DNA of 64,000 nucleotides from Hemiscyllium ocellatum (lineage: Eukaryota): positions 3,348,001 to 3,412,000 of the forward strand of contig NC_083428.1 in assembly GCF_020745735.1 (NCBI RefSeq), given 5' to 3'. How positions within the stretch are numbered: position 1 is the stretch's first letter; each line of letters opens with the position of its first letter. Position numbers and translations under genes: made by a program. The notes beneath the pieces are model-generated. The model ran no database searches. It had not been told where the DNA came from and saw nothing but the letters and a program-made list of their open reading frames with translations. Positions 1 to 12,420 of this stretch are shown piece by piece.

Positions 1-594
1 TCAATACCATGATATCCGTGCCCAATTATTTATTTACAATGGGATACCATGAGAATTAACACACCATCCTGTTGCAAGCAAACTCACACCATGGTTTCTT
101 TATTCCGAAATGAATGTCTCGACAAGCACTCATTCCTCCATGTTCATTCCAAACCCCCAGCCCCACCCCGAGCTCCTGTTCCGTGTGGGCTCCTCCCAGC
201 ATGGCCAACCTATTTTCAGCTATCTACATGTCTCCCATCAGCATTTATCTTCCACTCAGCTTATCATTAACCCCTTTGTTTGCCTGTCCTTTCTCTCTCT
301 CTCTCTCTCTCTCTCAGCTCTCTCCCCAAGTAATCCACTCACACTCCTGCTACCTCCCTGTGAACAGTATAAATACCACCAGTTCTCAGCTGCTTTCAGT
401 TCTGAAGGAGCATTACTGGACTCAAATGTTAACTCTGTCTCTGCCCAACACCTCCCCCTCCCTCCCCCCAACTTTGTCACAGATGCTGCCAGACCCACTG
501 AGCTTATCCAGCCCTTCCTGTTTTTGTTTCAGCTTTCCAGTCTCCTCAGTTCTTTGTTCTGATTTACTGCTTCCTTGTTTCTCCTGAGACGTAC

Positions 595-738
595 ATTGTT
601 CCCAAGAGCCTGAAGCTCAGTGTTGATTGTGCTGCATCCAGTTGTGCCCGTGTCCATGATACTAGGGAATGGGCTGGGGGGTGGTGAGGTCGTCACGTTC
701 TGCTGCAGACTCTGGAGACATGACAGCAGGTCATCAGC
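595..738 (-). CDS. USHBP1: USHBP1/MCC2 internal coding exon (ADDLLSCLQSLQQNV...ALGNN); gene continues beyond window start
   Basis: Acceptor ctgtgtcAG, donor GTacgt; 144 nt, phase 0-0; continues the coiled coil ...DKLQLK|ADDLLSCLQSLQ like MCC RRRVRELQTRLQSVQ. Confidence 0.7.
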
Positions 739-802
739 CTGACACAGAAACAGGGAACAGGGAACAGTCAGTCAGCATCTAATCGCACCGAAACCTTCCA
801 AT

Positions 803-803
<1 letters not shown>

Positions 804-837
<34 letters not shown>

Positions 838-1340
838 CATACGCACACATGCACACGCAGACACACATACACACACACGTGCGTGCACACGCACATACAC
901 ACATGCACACACACACCATGCACACACACACGTGCAGACATTGACACACACACATTGACACATAAACATGCACACACACATGCACACTTTCTCACACACT
1001 CACACACACTCTCACACACACACACACTCTCTCACACATACACTCATACACACGTATGTGCACACACACGCACTCACACACTGTCACATACATGCTCATA
1101 CACGCACACACATGCACACATACATACACACACACGTGTGCACACATACTCTTTCACACAAATGCGTGCACACTCTCACACATGCACACACACGCACGCA
1201 TACACACTCTCACACACACTCTCTTTCACACTCACACACTCTCTCTCACAGACACACACTCACACTCTCTCTCACACACACTCAAACTCTCTCTCTCTTT
1301 CTCTCTCACATACACACACACACACAGACAAACAAGCACG
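804..1340. repeat. Compound (CA)n/(CT)n microsatellite
   Basis: Directly visible CA-rich degenerate repeat. Confidence 0.95.
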
Positions 1341-1616
1341 CACACTCCAATAATCACACATAGCATTGAAAATATAAATAATCAAAATGCTATGAGCACA
1401 GTGATTTTAAATCACAAACACTGCCTGTTGGTGACATACTGCCAGTCAAATCTTGATGGGACACTGTCGAGGTAGCATTACTCTGAATCTTACCCCATGC
1501 TTCCCCTGAGCTGGGAGTATTTGATGGGTACAGTATAGAGAGAGCTTTACTCTGTACCCAGCGCCGTGCTGTCCATCGCCTTAGAGTGTTTGATGGTGGC
1601 AGTGTGGAATTCAATC

Positions 1617-1930
1617 CCTACAGTGTGGAAACAGGCCATTTGGCCCAACAAATCCACACAGACCCTCCGAAGATTAATCCACCCAGACCCTTTCCCCTAC
1701 CCTATTATCCTATATTTACTCCTGACTAATGCATCTAACCTACACATCCCTGAACACTATGGGCAATTTAGCATGGACAATTCACCCTAACCTGCAGATC
1801 TTTGGACTGTGGGAGGAAACTGGAGCACCCAGACGAAACCCACGCAGACACAGGGTGAATGTGCAAACCCCACACACCCTAGGCTAGAATTGAACCCGGT
1901 TCCCTTGCACTGTGAGGCAGCAGTACTAAG
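1617..1930 (-). mobile_element. HE1-type tRNA-derived V-SINE
   Basis: Reverse complement of the V-domain gtgtctgcgtgggttt...cctcccacagtccaaagat and the tail gggccaaatggcctgtttccacactg. Confidence 0.8.
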
Positions 1931-2394
1931 GGAGTTTTACTCTGTATCTAATCACATATTGAGGATGTTGGATGGAAACTAGTAACTCTACACTGGAGTT
2001 CTGAGGAAGGGTCATACTGGACTTGAAACATTAATGCTCTTCCTCTCTCCACAGAGGCTGCCAGACCGATCGAGTGTCTTAGGTTTCCGTGTTTGTTTCT
2101 GTATCACTAGCAGCATGCCCTCCTCTCTGTGCCCATTCTCTGACTGATTTATCCCACTCACACTGCTCTTTCACCACTAGTGCCCTGCAAACCTCTCTCC
2201 TCCCATCGTTTCTCCCATTCCCCTTTGGATGTTCCTGTTCAATCCGCTTCCCCCACCCTTCACAGCAAAGCATTGGAAATCGAGTCACACTGACTCTGCC
2301 CAGCCTCTGTGATACTACCCGAAGGAGGCCATTCAGCCTTGATGCCTGTGCTTGGTGACAGCGTATGGGAAAGGATGGAGAGTGAGTAACTTGC

Positions 2395-2601
2395 CTTGAG
2401 CTGGAGTTTGTCCCTGTCCTGCTGAATCCCAGCGAGGGCACTGGAAACCCGCCACAGTTCCTGGTCCTTCTGGACAAGCTGGTCAGACAGATGTTGATTC
2501 TTCTCCCTCAGACAATCCAGTTCGGCCTCCCTTTGGCTCCTCTCCTCCTGCAACTCAGGGCTCAGGTCAACACCCAACTCCTGCTCCACCTCCTCGATCG
2601 T
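2395..2601 (-). CDS. USHBP1: USHBP1 coding exon (TIEEVEQELG...QQDRDKLQLK), coiled coil; GC donor
   Basis: Acceptor ccctgcAG; donor AAG|GCAAGT; 207 nt phase 0-0; resembles the MCC/USHBP1 coiled coil. Confidence 0.8.
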
Positions 2602-2995
2602 CTGCAGGGATGGGGAGAGGTTTGTGGCCACAATCAGGCACACATATAACCCACAGCAACATCTCATCCCATTCACACCATTGGATTGTGTAGCTGTGTC
2701 CCAGGAGGCAATGTGGTCTAAACACTCTCATTCCCTGGGGTGGGTGCGGGAACAGATACTGATGGGGTGGGTAAGAGCATCATGGGGGAAAGAGGCAACT
2801 GGTACAAGGGGAACTGGAAGCCCCATCACCTCCCCCGCTACCCCCACTTCACTGGGTGCTGAGAATGAGGGACTGCACGTGGAAATGTTACACTGGAGCA
2901 GGCTGAGGGCATTCAGCCCCTCAAACCCATTCTTCTACATAATGAGAGAATGACTAATCTGTGACCCACCTCTACCTCCTTCTTCCATCCTCCCA

Positions 2996-3109
2996 GGAGA
3001 AAGTGAGGGCTGCAGATGCTGGAGATCAGAGCTGAAAATGTGTTGCTGGAAAAGCACAGCAGGTCAGGCAGCATCCAAGGAACAGGAGATTCGACGTTTC
3101 AGGCATAAG
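2996..3109 (-). mobile_element. Penelope-derived short element (family A), TSD tccatcctccca
   Basis: 12-bp direct repeat at 2984-2995 and 3110-3121; body shared with many copies in the window. Confidence 0.8.
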
Positions 3110-3385
3110 TCCATCCTCCCACCCCATTATTCATATCCCTTCATTTCTATAGTTACTGACGCTCAGTAGCAGTAGTGTGCACTATCTACAAAATGCACTG
3201 CAGGAATTCACCAAAGATCCTCAGGCAGCGCCTTCCCAACTCACAACCACCTCTATCTAGAAGGACAATGGCAGCAGTAACATGAGAACATCACCCCCAA
3301 CCAAGTTTCTCCTCAAGCCACTCACCCCCCTGACTCGGAAATATATTGCCATTCCTTCGCTGTCACTGGGTCAAAATCAAGAATT

Positions 3386-3587
3386 GGGAGAAAGTGAGGT
3401 CGGCAGATGCTGGAGCTTAGAGTTAAGAGTGTGGTGCTGGAAACACACAGCAGGTCAGGCAGCATCCGAGGAGCAGGGGAGTCAACGTTTAGGGCATAAG
3501 CCCCTCATCAGGAATCTGCCCGAAATGCCGATTCTCCTGCTCCTCGGATGCTTCCTGACCTGCTGAGCTTTCCCAGCACCGCACTCC
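3386..3587. mobile_element. Penelope-derived inverted element (family A)
   Basis: TSD caaaatcaRgaatt at 3372-3385 and 3588-3601; internal inverted repeat with CTGATGA core. Confidence 0.75.
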
Positions 3588-4220
3588 CAAAATCAGGAAT
3601 TCCCTCCCTCAGGACATTGTGGATGAACCCACAGGACAGAGTTTGCAGGGGTCCAAGAAGGCAGCTCACCCCCACCTTCTCACGGGAGCAACTTGACTGG
3701 CTCAGCTCGTGGCGCCCATGCCCCACAAGTGAATATAAAATCTATCAATCTCAGTTTTTAAATAAACAATATTGATTGCTATTTGCAAAAGAGATTTCCA
3801 AGTAGTACCATCCTTTATGTGTCAACATGGTTCCTGAAAGTCTGGCTTGAATCCCTCGATTCTGCCCCAAGTCCTTGTTTCCCCAACCAATAAAAATTGT
3901 TTCTCTTTAGCTTCTGCACCTCCTCCTCTAGCTCTATAATTAACTCTTTGCCACCTGAATTCCTGACAGTAACATCTTATGAGGAACAGCCCAGCAACTG
4001 GATATTCACTCCAATAATTGTAAATTCATGATAGTCTCCACAACTCAACTTCTTTCTGTCCCGCTCCACAAATCCCTTGTTCCTTCTCTGTCATTTTAGC
4101 GATCAAGTTTCCACTTAAACCCACATAATTTTCTGCTTCAACTTCTCTGGGGTAATGGGTTCCACGTCCTCACCACTCTCTGTATAACCATGTTCCTCCT
4201 AAATTCTTAACTTAATCCAT

Positions 4221-5034
4221 TGTAAAGTAAGGTGTGAGATTTATACATTTATTTTTATCATTTTGGAGTTAGCATTTTGAAATAGTGGCATAAGGGATTG
4301 ATTAGTTTTACGAAGGGTTTAAAAAGCGTAAATGATTGAACAGTCCTTTCCAAGACTGACTTAATTTAGCTTATGTCAGGGAATGGGACCACCTGGAATG
4401 TTGTGTGGTTGTTTACAACAGGTGAAGTAAACATTGAAGGCCATAACATTATTTTTGGCTTGGAATAATAAAATAAAACAGACGTTAGGGTAATTCCAAA
4501 GAGATCAGGCCAGGGTCATGAACAAATATAGTTTGTCTCCTTGAAAGTTGTATCAAACAGTAAGGAAAAAGTTAAGCATAAAGTTTACTTTGTGAAATTT
4601 CCAAACCAGCAGTGTTTAGTTAGAAATCTGTATTTTACTAGAAACTGAGCAAGTCTAAGCTCTCTGTTTTGTGAGACTTATGGATGAAGACTTCATGATT
4701 GACATGAAAAGACTCAGGAGACACAGTTAAGTCAAACTTATACATTTGGTTCAAAGGGGTGTCCCCAGATTGAAATGTATAAAATGGACAGTGCTTGACA
4801 AATGGGGTGAGCCTTTATTTGTCTAAGTTTATTTTTAAGATCTTCCAAACAGTGATCTAACCCTAGATAGCTTAGTTTGTTTCCTTTTGTTTTCATCTTT
4901 TGTATAATAAACATTTGTTTTATTGTTAAAGACAGCTTTGTACAACTTTGTTTCAGTAAATGACCATCACATTGATAAAAAATATCTATCAAGCCAGATA
5001 TCATTCAATATTATAATCAGCTGGGATTAGAACA
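4221..5034. mobile_element. Possible solo LTR (TG...CA) interrupting a CR1 fragment
   Basis: Starts tgtaa, ends aaca; imperfect 4-bp flanks ccat/caat; CR1-like sequence on both sides. Confidence 0.35.
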
Positions 5035-5231
5035 CAATAACTGACAATACTATCTTTACACCTCCTTGTTCCAGACTCCATCAAAAGAGGAAACAAAACC
5101 TATAAATCTACCACAGAGAATAAATTCAACATTTGGAAGGTCTCCTCTTAATCTTCTCTTTCTCCAACCGTTCTGAGTCACAGTGAAACATTCCACTGTC
5201 CAAACCCTGACCAAGTTCCCTTTGTCCTTAC

Positions 5232-5383
5232 CTGAGTGACCAGTGACCAGTGTGCCAGTGCTGACTGTTCTTCCTCACCAGGGTCAGCACAGCACAATGG
5301 GATCTCTGTTCTGCAGATGCGCACTGTCTCCTCCAGCTCTGTCAATACCTGCTGCAGTTTCTGTGGCAGCTCACCGGGTTCAC
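5232..5383 (-). CDS. USHBP1: USHBP1 coding exon (EPGELPQKLQQVLTELEE...HWSLVTQ)
   Basis: Acceptor ttgttgcAG, donor CAG|GTAAGG; 152 nt phase 1-0; LQQVLTELE resembles human USHBP1 LQHTLSSLE. Confidence 0.8.
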
Positions 5384-6089
5384 CTGCAACAAACAGAGAG
5401 ATGAAAGGAGGGTAATGGGGGGAGTGAGGAAACCCCAGCCTGACATCGAAGGCAGTAAATCACAGCCTCATGGTGAGAGTATACCAGAATCAACATCCAC
5501 AACTGCATTTATAAAGCGCATTTAAAGTCGTGAAACATCCCAAGATGCTGCATAGTTTTTAAACACACTCAGCCAGAAGGAGACATTAGAAACAAGAGAA
5601 TAAACATTTGATCAAAGAAATAGGATTAAAGAGTATTTAAAAGAGGAGGGAGAGGTACAGAGATGGGAGGGATGGAGATGGAGGTGGAATTCTTGAGGTT
5701 TGTAATCACAATTCATTTGGGAAGAATGGACCAATAATGGAACATCACCATTCCACAATCCATCACAAGTGTGTAGCTACCCAAAGAAATGACCAGCTGA
5801 CCACGTTGCTTGACAGAGTTCTATCCAGGACAAAAGCATTTCATACCAGGTTTTGTCATTGACGTGAAAATAACTCTATGTATTGTAAACAAACCTACTC
5901 CTTAACAAAACAACCATCCAACTTGATCTGTGGTCCTTTAAAAGACTCACACTCATTCACAAATAAGAGAGACAAAACACAGACAGTTTGACTCAAGTAT
6001 TAGGGGTGGGAAATATAGAGAGGGAAAACACATGTCAATCAAAGTGCTCTTCACAAATATGGGATGATTTGTTGCTCACAGGGTTGTGA

Positions 6090-6502
6090 TTATAACACTG
6101 ATGACACAATGTTGTCAGTTGAGTAATTGTTGATCTTTGTCATGATTGGAACCAGTTGACTCTGAGATCCTTGATTGGGGTTGGAAATCTGGGCCAATCA
6201 GGGAGCCCTGGCTGACTGTTATAACCGTGTGATACCAGGAGATGTGGAATCTCCTCAGTTCAGGAGACTGACTTCAGTGTACTGTCCACTCAAAAATAAG
6301 GAGTGTTTTGGTGATGAGATACTGGCCCCTGGGCAGTTATTTCAAGTACAGGTCTAACCATTTTTAATTTTAAAATAAAAGGTAATGTAGAATTTCCTCA
6401 GTTCAGGAGACTGACTCCAAGCTGACTGGTCACAGCCAGTGTACTATATACAAATAAATAAAGGCTGACCTGGTGTTAGGATACTGACCTCAGTTATTTC
6501 AT
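6090..6502. mobile_element. LTR-like fragment with partial tandem duplication
   Basis: cctcagttcaggagactgact and ...gatactg...cagttatttca each present twice (about 6253-6345 and 6396-6501). Confidence 0.45.
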
Positions 6503-8702
6503 CATTGATTCAGTAGCTGATCAGTTGTACCTAGGTCTTTCCTAGTGTTGGGAGTCTTTCTCTAGAATCTTTCAGTTCTTTTTGTCTTTTTCTCACAGAG
6601 AGAGAAGTATGAGAAATGTGTTTGCTTGCAAGCTGTTCAGGATTTCTTTGCGGGCACTACCTCACAGACCTGTGAAGATGCTAATCCCGAAAGCTGCTGC
6701 TGGACAGATTCCCTTTTAATAGAAAGATTTCTGCTGCTAATCTGACACCCACCTTAATGGTGCAAAAAGTAACAAAGCCTTGTACAGCTAATGTGTACAC
6801 CACACAGTCCCACTTGAATTTCAAGTCACAAATAGACAGTATTTCTGGTACTTTTAGCTAGATACCAGTGTATCGTTTATTGTGTAAAAGGAATAAAATA
6901 TTACATCAGAGCTCAGACAGTTAAAGTGACAACCACCATCGACAGTCCAAGGAAAATAAGGCTCCTGGAGGTTTGTGGGGCTGAAGGAGATTGCAGAGAT
7001 GGAAAGGGACAGATTCTGATCAATCCTGAGAAAGGTTGGATATTAACTTGACTTCACTCCCAAAAAGATTCCAGAAATTCTCTCCTGTATAGGGGAAACT
7101 ACAGGATCGAATGGCAATGTCTTAAAGTGGATCTATCTCCTTCATATCTCACTCCAAGAATGTTGAGGCTCAGAGTGTGGGACAGGCACGAGATGCCAAA
7201 CTAGACGTCACTATTTCAACAACTGCTTGTTAGATTGATTCCCAGACAAGATCTCCAGCTTTGATTACAGTCAATTCCTCTGGTTTAACTACATACCAAC
7301 AGGTCAGGGGGCTCGACGTTTCAGGCTGACCTGACGGGTTTTCCTGCGAGGAAAGTATTTTGAAATGTGATGTTACAATCCTCACTGTGATCAACTTACT
7401 AAAACTTCTGCTGCAACCATATAATCGACACCATTCAAAAATTAATTAATAGACAAAGAGTACATCAAATAAAAGGCGAGGTTTCACTTGGAGTAGTTAG
7501 TCCAATGTAGATACACCATCTGTAGTTCTCACATGACACCCTGTCCCAGTGTAGTATTGTGTGCGATCTTACAACATTTTCAACTCATGTATCATTGTGT
7601 ACCATCATTCATTCCCATTCTATTGGCCCAGTCATCCTTATTTGCTTCACCAATGATCCCTCCTCCATCATAAGATCACTCAACATTCTGACTTGGAAAA
7701 TCTCGCCGTTCTTTCAGTGTCACTGGGTCATAATCCTGAAATTCCCTCCCTAAGGGCATTGTGGGTCTACCTATAGCACATGGAGTGCAGCAGTTCAAGA
7801 AGGCAGCTCATTCCCCCACCTTCTCAAGGGGGGCAACTAGGGATGGGCAATTAAATGCTTTCCCAGCCAGTGATGCCCACATCCCATAAGTGAATAAAGA
7901 AATAGTTCCAGTCCTTGAATTCACATTCATCAGCCATTGTATTCCATCTGAACTCCCTCAACCTTATTAGTGTTAACAGGTGCTCAGCTATGAACCCTCT
8001 CACACTCAGATCATGTCAATTCTGATAGCTTAGAATCCCCACAGACTCCCTTTTCAGACCCTATATAGAACTTGCACAACTGAAATAGCAGCAGTGGGGC
8101 TCCCCCAATTCACAACCACTTGCTCTTCCTGTCCTTGACTCTCTTTCCTTTCCAACATATAACACATGCAGGAAGTAACACAGCCCCTGCTGCATTCCCA
8201 TATAACCGTCAAACATCAGGATCTGTTCCAATATGTCTGCCACAAAACATACACTGAGATCTTACACCACTAAAAATTATTTTTCTATTTATCCTTTTCC
8301 TTGTTAGTTTTTCATCCCCATAGCAACCTAGAGTCACATGGGCATTTCTTTGAACTGAGCCGCCTGCTTGGAAATCTTTTTGGAATATTTCCAAGTTGCA
8401 CTGTAGTTTTAAAAGAGAGGTTGTACAGAAAACAAAATACAGATTTTTCCCAAAGTCATTGGAACAGCAAGCTCCCAGAAACACAGCAAGTAATGTGTTT
8501 TCTTGGTGTTGAGTGGGTGGTAAATATTAACTGACCACAGACAGCTCCCCTGCGATTCTCTTTTCAATCAAGCAGAGAGATGGGCAATTCATTTCAGGTC
8601 TCAATCAGAAGTTGGTAACTCTGTCAAGGAGACACTCTTCCTGTACTGGGAAAAGACGCCACTCCCACCCCCTGGATAATCACCGAGGTCTTGCTTACGT
8701 AC

Positions 8703-8845
8703 CAGCACTCCCTGGTAGTTGACAAGGTTGTCCTGGGCAATTGGAGACTGTTGGTTGACTTGGGTCTGGATGGAGACACGTGTTGTTTTCAAAATACAGA
8801 GAGTCACTAATGTCTGAGAAAGTGTCCAGGTATTCATCTTCCTCC
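8703..8845 (-). CDS. USHBP1: USHBP1 coding exon (EEDEYLDTFSDISD...PGSA)
   Basis: Acceptor cctgtgcAG, donor GTacgt; 143 nt phase 2-1; TIR|EEDEY junction as in MCC. Confidence 0.8.
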
Positions 8846-9911
8846 CTGCACAGGAAAATAAGGGAAAATGTCAGTGAACTGACAGTGAGCAAAGTGCACC
8901 GACGTTGTCTGGAGATGGGGGTCCAGCCATTGGGATGTCAATGGAAATAACAAAGCTCAGCTGGAAGGAGAACTGGACTTGGAGTGGATCAGCAGTGAGC
9001 AGCTCTCACCACAGGAGGGTGCTGTTACCTGTGATTTCAGCCAAACTTTGTAAAGGCAGCGGTCAGTCTGAGTTGGTGTGGAATGGTCACTCTGGGCTTG
9101 TCACTCTCAAAGGGTTGTTCTGGACAGAGTGATTGGTCATGGGATGGACATTCAGTACTGGTCATCTGGGCTGGTCACCCTAAGCTTATTATTCCTTTTC
9201 GGTCACTCCAGACCAATCACCCTCTTGGTCACTCAAAGAGAGAGTGGAGTATAATCAGGGGAAGGTCATGGTTATGGGTTGGTTTTGCTGATTGGAGATA
9301 GGAATTTGTTTCCTTCATGGGATGTGGGTGTCATTGGGAAGGCAGGTATTTATTGTCCCTCCATAATTGCCCCTGTCTTGCTCAGTCTTTTCAGAGTCAA
9401 CTACATCACTCTGGGTCTGGAGTCACGTGTTGGCCAGACCAGGTAAGGACAGCAGATTCCCTTTCCTAAAGTACATTTGTGACCTGGATGGGTTTTTAAT
9501 GTCAATGCTTCTCATTTGCATTTATTTCAGATTTTACTGAATTCCAATTTCACCATCTGCCGGGGGTGGGGGTGGGGGGGAGGGGTGGGGGTGCAGTGGG
9601 GAGGGGTGTGTGGATTTGAACATTAACCTAACCTCATGGATTGCTTGTCCTGTGATATGAACTTCAGCCCTTCTGACATTCTGCGGTTGTGAAAGGCTCT
9701 ATATCGATGTAAGTTTCCTCTCTTATGTGCCTGACATTAACTGTAGCTGAATTGGCAGGAAGGAGCTGACAGATGGGTGTGAGTCCTGCAAGAGTACATT
9801 CCGATATTTTCTTGGTCAAATTAGCCCACTGGGTCTTTGGGACTAATGCTCCATTGCCCTCCTCCCCCCTCCCCCAGAATTGGAGTGAGGGGAACAGAAA
9901 TCTGTGTTCAC

Positions 9912-10063
9912 CTGATGGTTGATACTGTCAGTCTATCAATCTTCCGATTCAACTCAGCAATAACAACAAGTAACTCTGTGATCTGCTCCTCATAGTGGAG
10001 AACAGTTAATGCCTCTTCCTCCGGTGGTGTCTCTGTCTTCACATCCAACAGGCAGTCTGGACC
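9912..10063 (-). CDS. USHBP1: USHBP1 coding exon (GPDCL...YEEQITELLVVIAELNRKIDRLTVSTIR)
   Basis: Acceptor ttggtgcAG, donor AG|GTGAAC; 152 nt phase 0-2; close match to MCC YEERITELHSVIAELNKKIDRL; head-to-head with BABAM1 as USHBP1 is in human. Confidence 0.85.
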
Positions 10064-10143
10064 CTGCACCAACAGAAAGAAACAATATTCACACCATGGT
10101 ACAGCAGTGGGCAGTGAGGCTTTGCGTGTGGGTATGTGAGGGG

Positions 10144-10662
10144 TCCATGTGTGACCAGTCCATGTGTGTGACCAGTCCGTGTGTGTGACCAGTCCGTGTG
10201 TGTGACCAGTCTGTGTGTGACCAGTTCAAGTGTGTGACCAGCCCATGTGTGTGACCAGTTCATGTGTGTGACCAGTCCGTGTGTGTGACCAGTCCGTGTG
10301 TGTGACCAGCCCATGTGTGTGACCAGTTCATGTGTGTGACCAGTCTGTGTGTGTGACCAGTCCGTGTGTGTGACCAGCCCATGTGTGTGACCAGTTCATG
10401 TGTGTGACCAGTCCGTGTGTGTGACCAGTTCATGTGTGTGACCAGTTCATGTGTGTGACCAGTCTGTGTGTGTGACCAGTCCGTGTGTGTGACCAGCCCA
10501 TGTGTGTGACCAGTTCATGTGTGTGACCAGTCCGTGTGTGCGACCAGTCCGTGTGTGTGACCAGCCCATGTGTGTGACCAGTTCATGTGTGTGACCAGTC
10601 CGTGTGTGCGACCAGTCCGTGTGTGTGACCAGCCCATGTGTGTGACCAGTTCATGTGTGACC
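10144..10662. repeat. 17-bp minisatellite (ccagYYcRtgtgtgtga), about 30 units
   Basis: Directly visible tandem array. Confidence 0.95.
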
Positions 10663-10694
10663 TATCCATCCATTACATAATAAAAGACTGTCCT

Positions 10695-11948
10695 TATGTA
10701 CCTTGAAGGTAGAAGACAGAGGGTGGTGGTGGAGGGTTGTTTTTCAGACTGAAGGCCTGTGACCAGTGGTGTGGCATAAGGATTGGTGCTGGGTCCACTG
10801 CTTTTTGTCATTTATATGAATGATTTGGATATAAATATAGAAGGTACAGTTAGTAAGTTTGCAAATGACACCAAAGTTGGAGGTGTAGTGGACAGCTAAG
10901 AAGGTTACCTCAGATTACAACAGGATCTTGACCAGATGGGCCAAGGGGAGAAAGTGAGGTCTGCAGATGCTGGGGATCAGAGCTGAAAATGTGTTGCTGG
11001 AAAAGCGCAGCAAGTCAGGCAGCATCCAAGGAGCAGGAGAGTCGACGTTTCGGGCATGAGTCCTTCTTCAGGACCTGCTGCGCTTTTCCACCAACACATT
11101 TTCAGATGGGCCAATGGGCTGAGAAGTGACAGAAAGACTTTAATTTAGAAAAATGCAAGGTGCTGCATTTTGCAAAGGCAAATCAGAGCAGGACTTATTC
11201 ACTTAATGGTAAGGTCCTGGGGAGTGTTGCTGAACAAAGAGACCTTGGAGTGCAGGTTCATAGCTCCTTGAAAGTAGGGTCACAGATAGATAGGATAGTG
11301 AAGAAGGCATTTGGTATGATTTCCTTTATTGGTGAGAGTATTGAGCACAGGAGTTGGGAGGTCATGTTGCGGCTGTACAGGACATTGGTTAGGCCACTTT
11401 TGGAATATTGCATGCAATTCTGGTCTCCTTCCTATCAGAACGATATTGGGAAACTCGAAAGGGTTCAGAAAGGATTTATAAGAATGTTGCCAGAGTTGGA
11501 GGTTTTGAACTATAGGGAGAGGCTGAACAGGCTGGGGCTGTTTTCCTTGGAGTGTCAGAGGCTGAGGGGTGACCTTATAGAGGTTTATAAAATCTGAGGA
11601 GCATGGATAGGGTAAATAGGCAAAGTCTTTTCCCTGGAGTGGGGGAGTCCAGACTAGAGGGCATAGGTTTAGGGTGAGAGGGGAAAGATTTAAAAAGAAC
11701 CTAAGGGGCAACGTTCTCATGTAGAAGGTGGTGCGTGTATGGAATAAGTTGCCAGAGGAAATGGTGGAGGCTGGTACAATTACAACATTTAAAATGCATC
11801 TGGATGGGTATATGAATAGGAACGATTTGGAAGATATCAGCCAAATGCTAACAAGTGGGATGAGATTAGGTTGGGATTTCTGGTCGGCATGGATGAGTTG
11901 GACCGAATGGTCTGTTTCCATTGCTGTACATCTCTATGACTCTATGGA
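10695..11948 (+). mobile_element. CR1/HER1-type LINE 3' fragment (degenerate RT C-terminus and tail), interrupted by a Penelope-derived element at 10945-11102
   Basis: RDLGVQV, LYRTLVRPLLEYC, WSP and RLRGDLIEVYKI motifs; ctctatgactctat tail; insert TSD cagatgggccaa at 10933-10944 and 11103-11114. Confidence 0.9.
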
Positions 11949-12420
11949 CTGTATGTTGAAATCACCACATTGTAAAAGGACTGAAACAACAAGTTGTTAT
12001 GATAGCTGTCAAGTGTCAAGTGATTTTTGAGATTCAGAATTACTTCAAGTCTCCAGAACATTCTAAATTGAATGAGCCTTGTTGGGATGCCCTCCAATGG
12101 ATGGACATATTATGATGAAACTGTCTACGACCATCATTCAAGATCAATGCCTGACTGACTTGCTGTCTCTGAACATGAATTGTGACAAACAGAGCTCTAC
12201 AGAAACCAACTCACCATTAAGTATAACTACCTTCGTTCCAACTTTGCATCATTTATCTAGAGAAAGAATTATGGTCACAAATCCAAATCTGCATTTTACA
12301 GGCTCCAAGACCAAAGAGAAACTAGCTAGTGTTGAAATGAACTGAATAGAGGAGCCCAGCCTGGAGGTTATTCTCTCTCTCTCTTTCTCAGTCTCTCTCT
12401 CTCTCTCTCTCTCTTCACCT

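Noticed and set aside
768-1475. His/Thr and Cys/Val-rich ORFs
   Set aside because: Translations of the CA microsatellite.
10144-10662. CRISPR-like array
   Set aside because: Contiguous tandem units with no unique spacers, in a vertebrate intron. The same applies to 28889-29280.
11160-11597. Reverse-transcriptase-like ORFs as functional genes
   Set aside because: Short, interrupted C-terminal remnants of CR1 ORF2.
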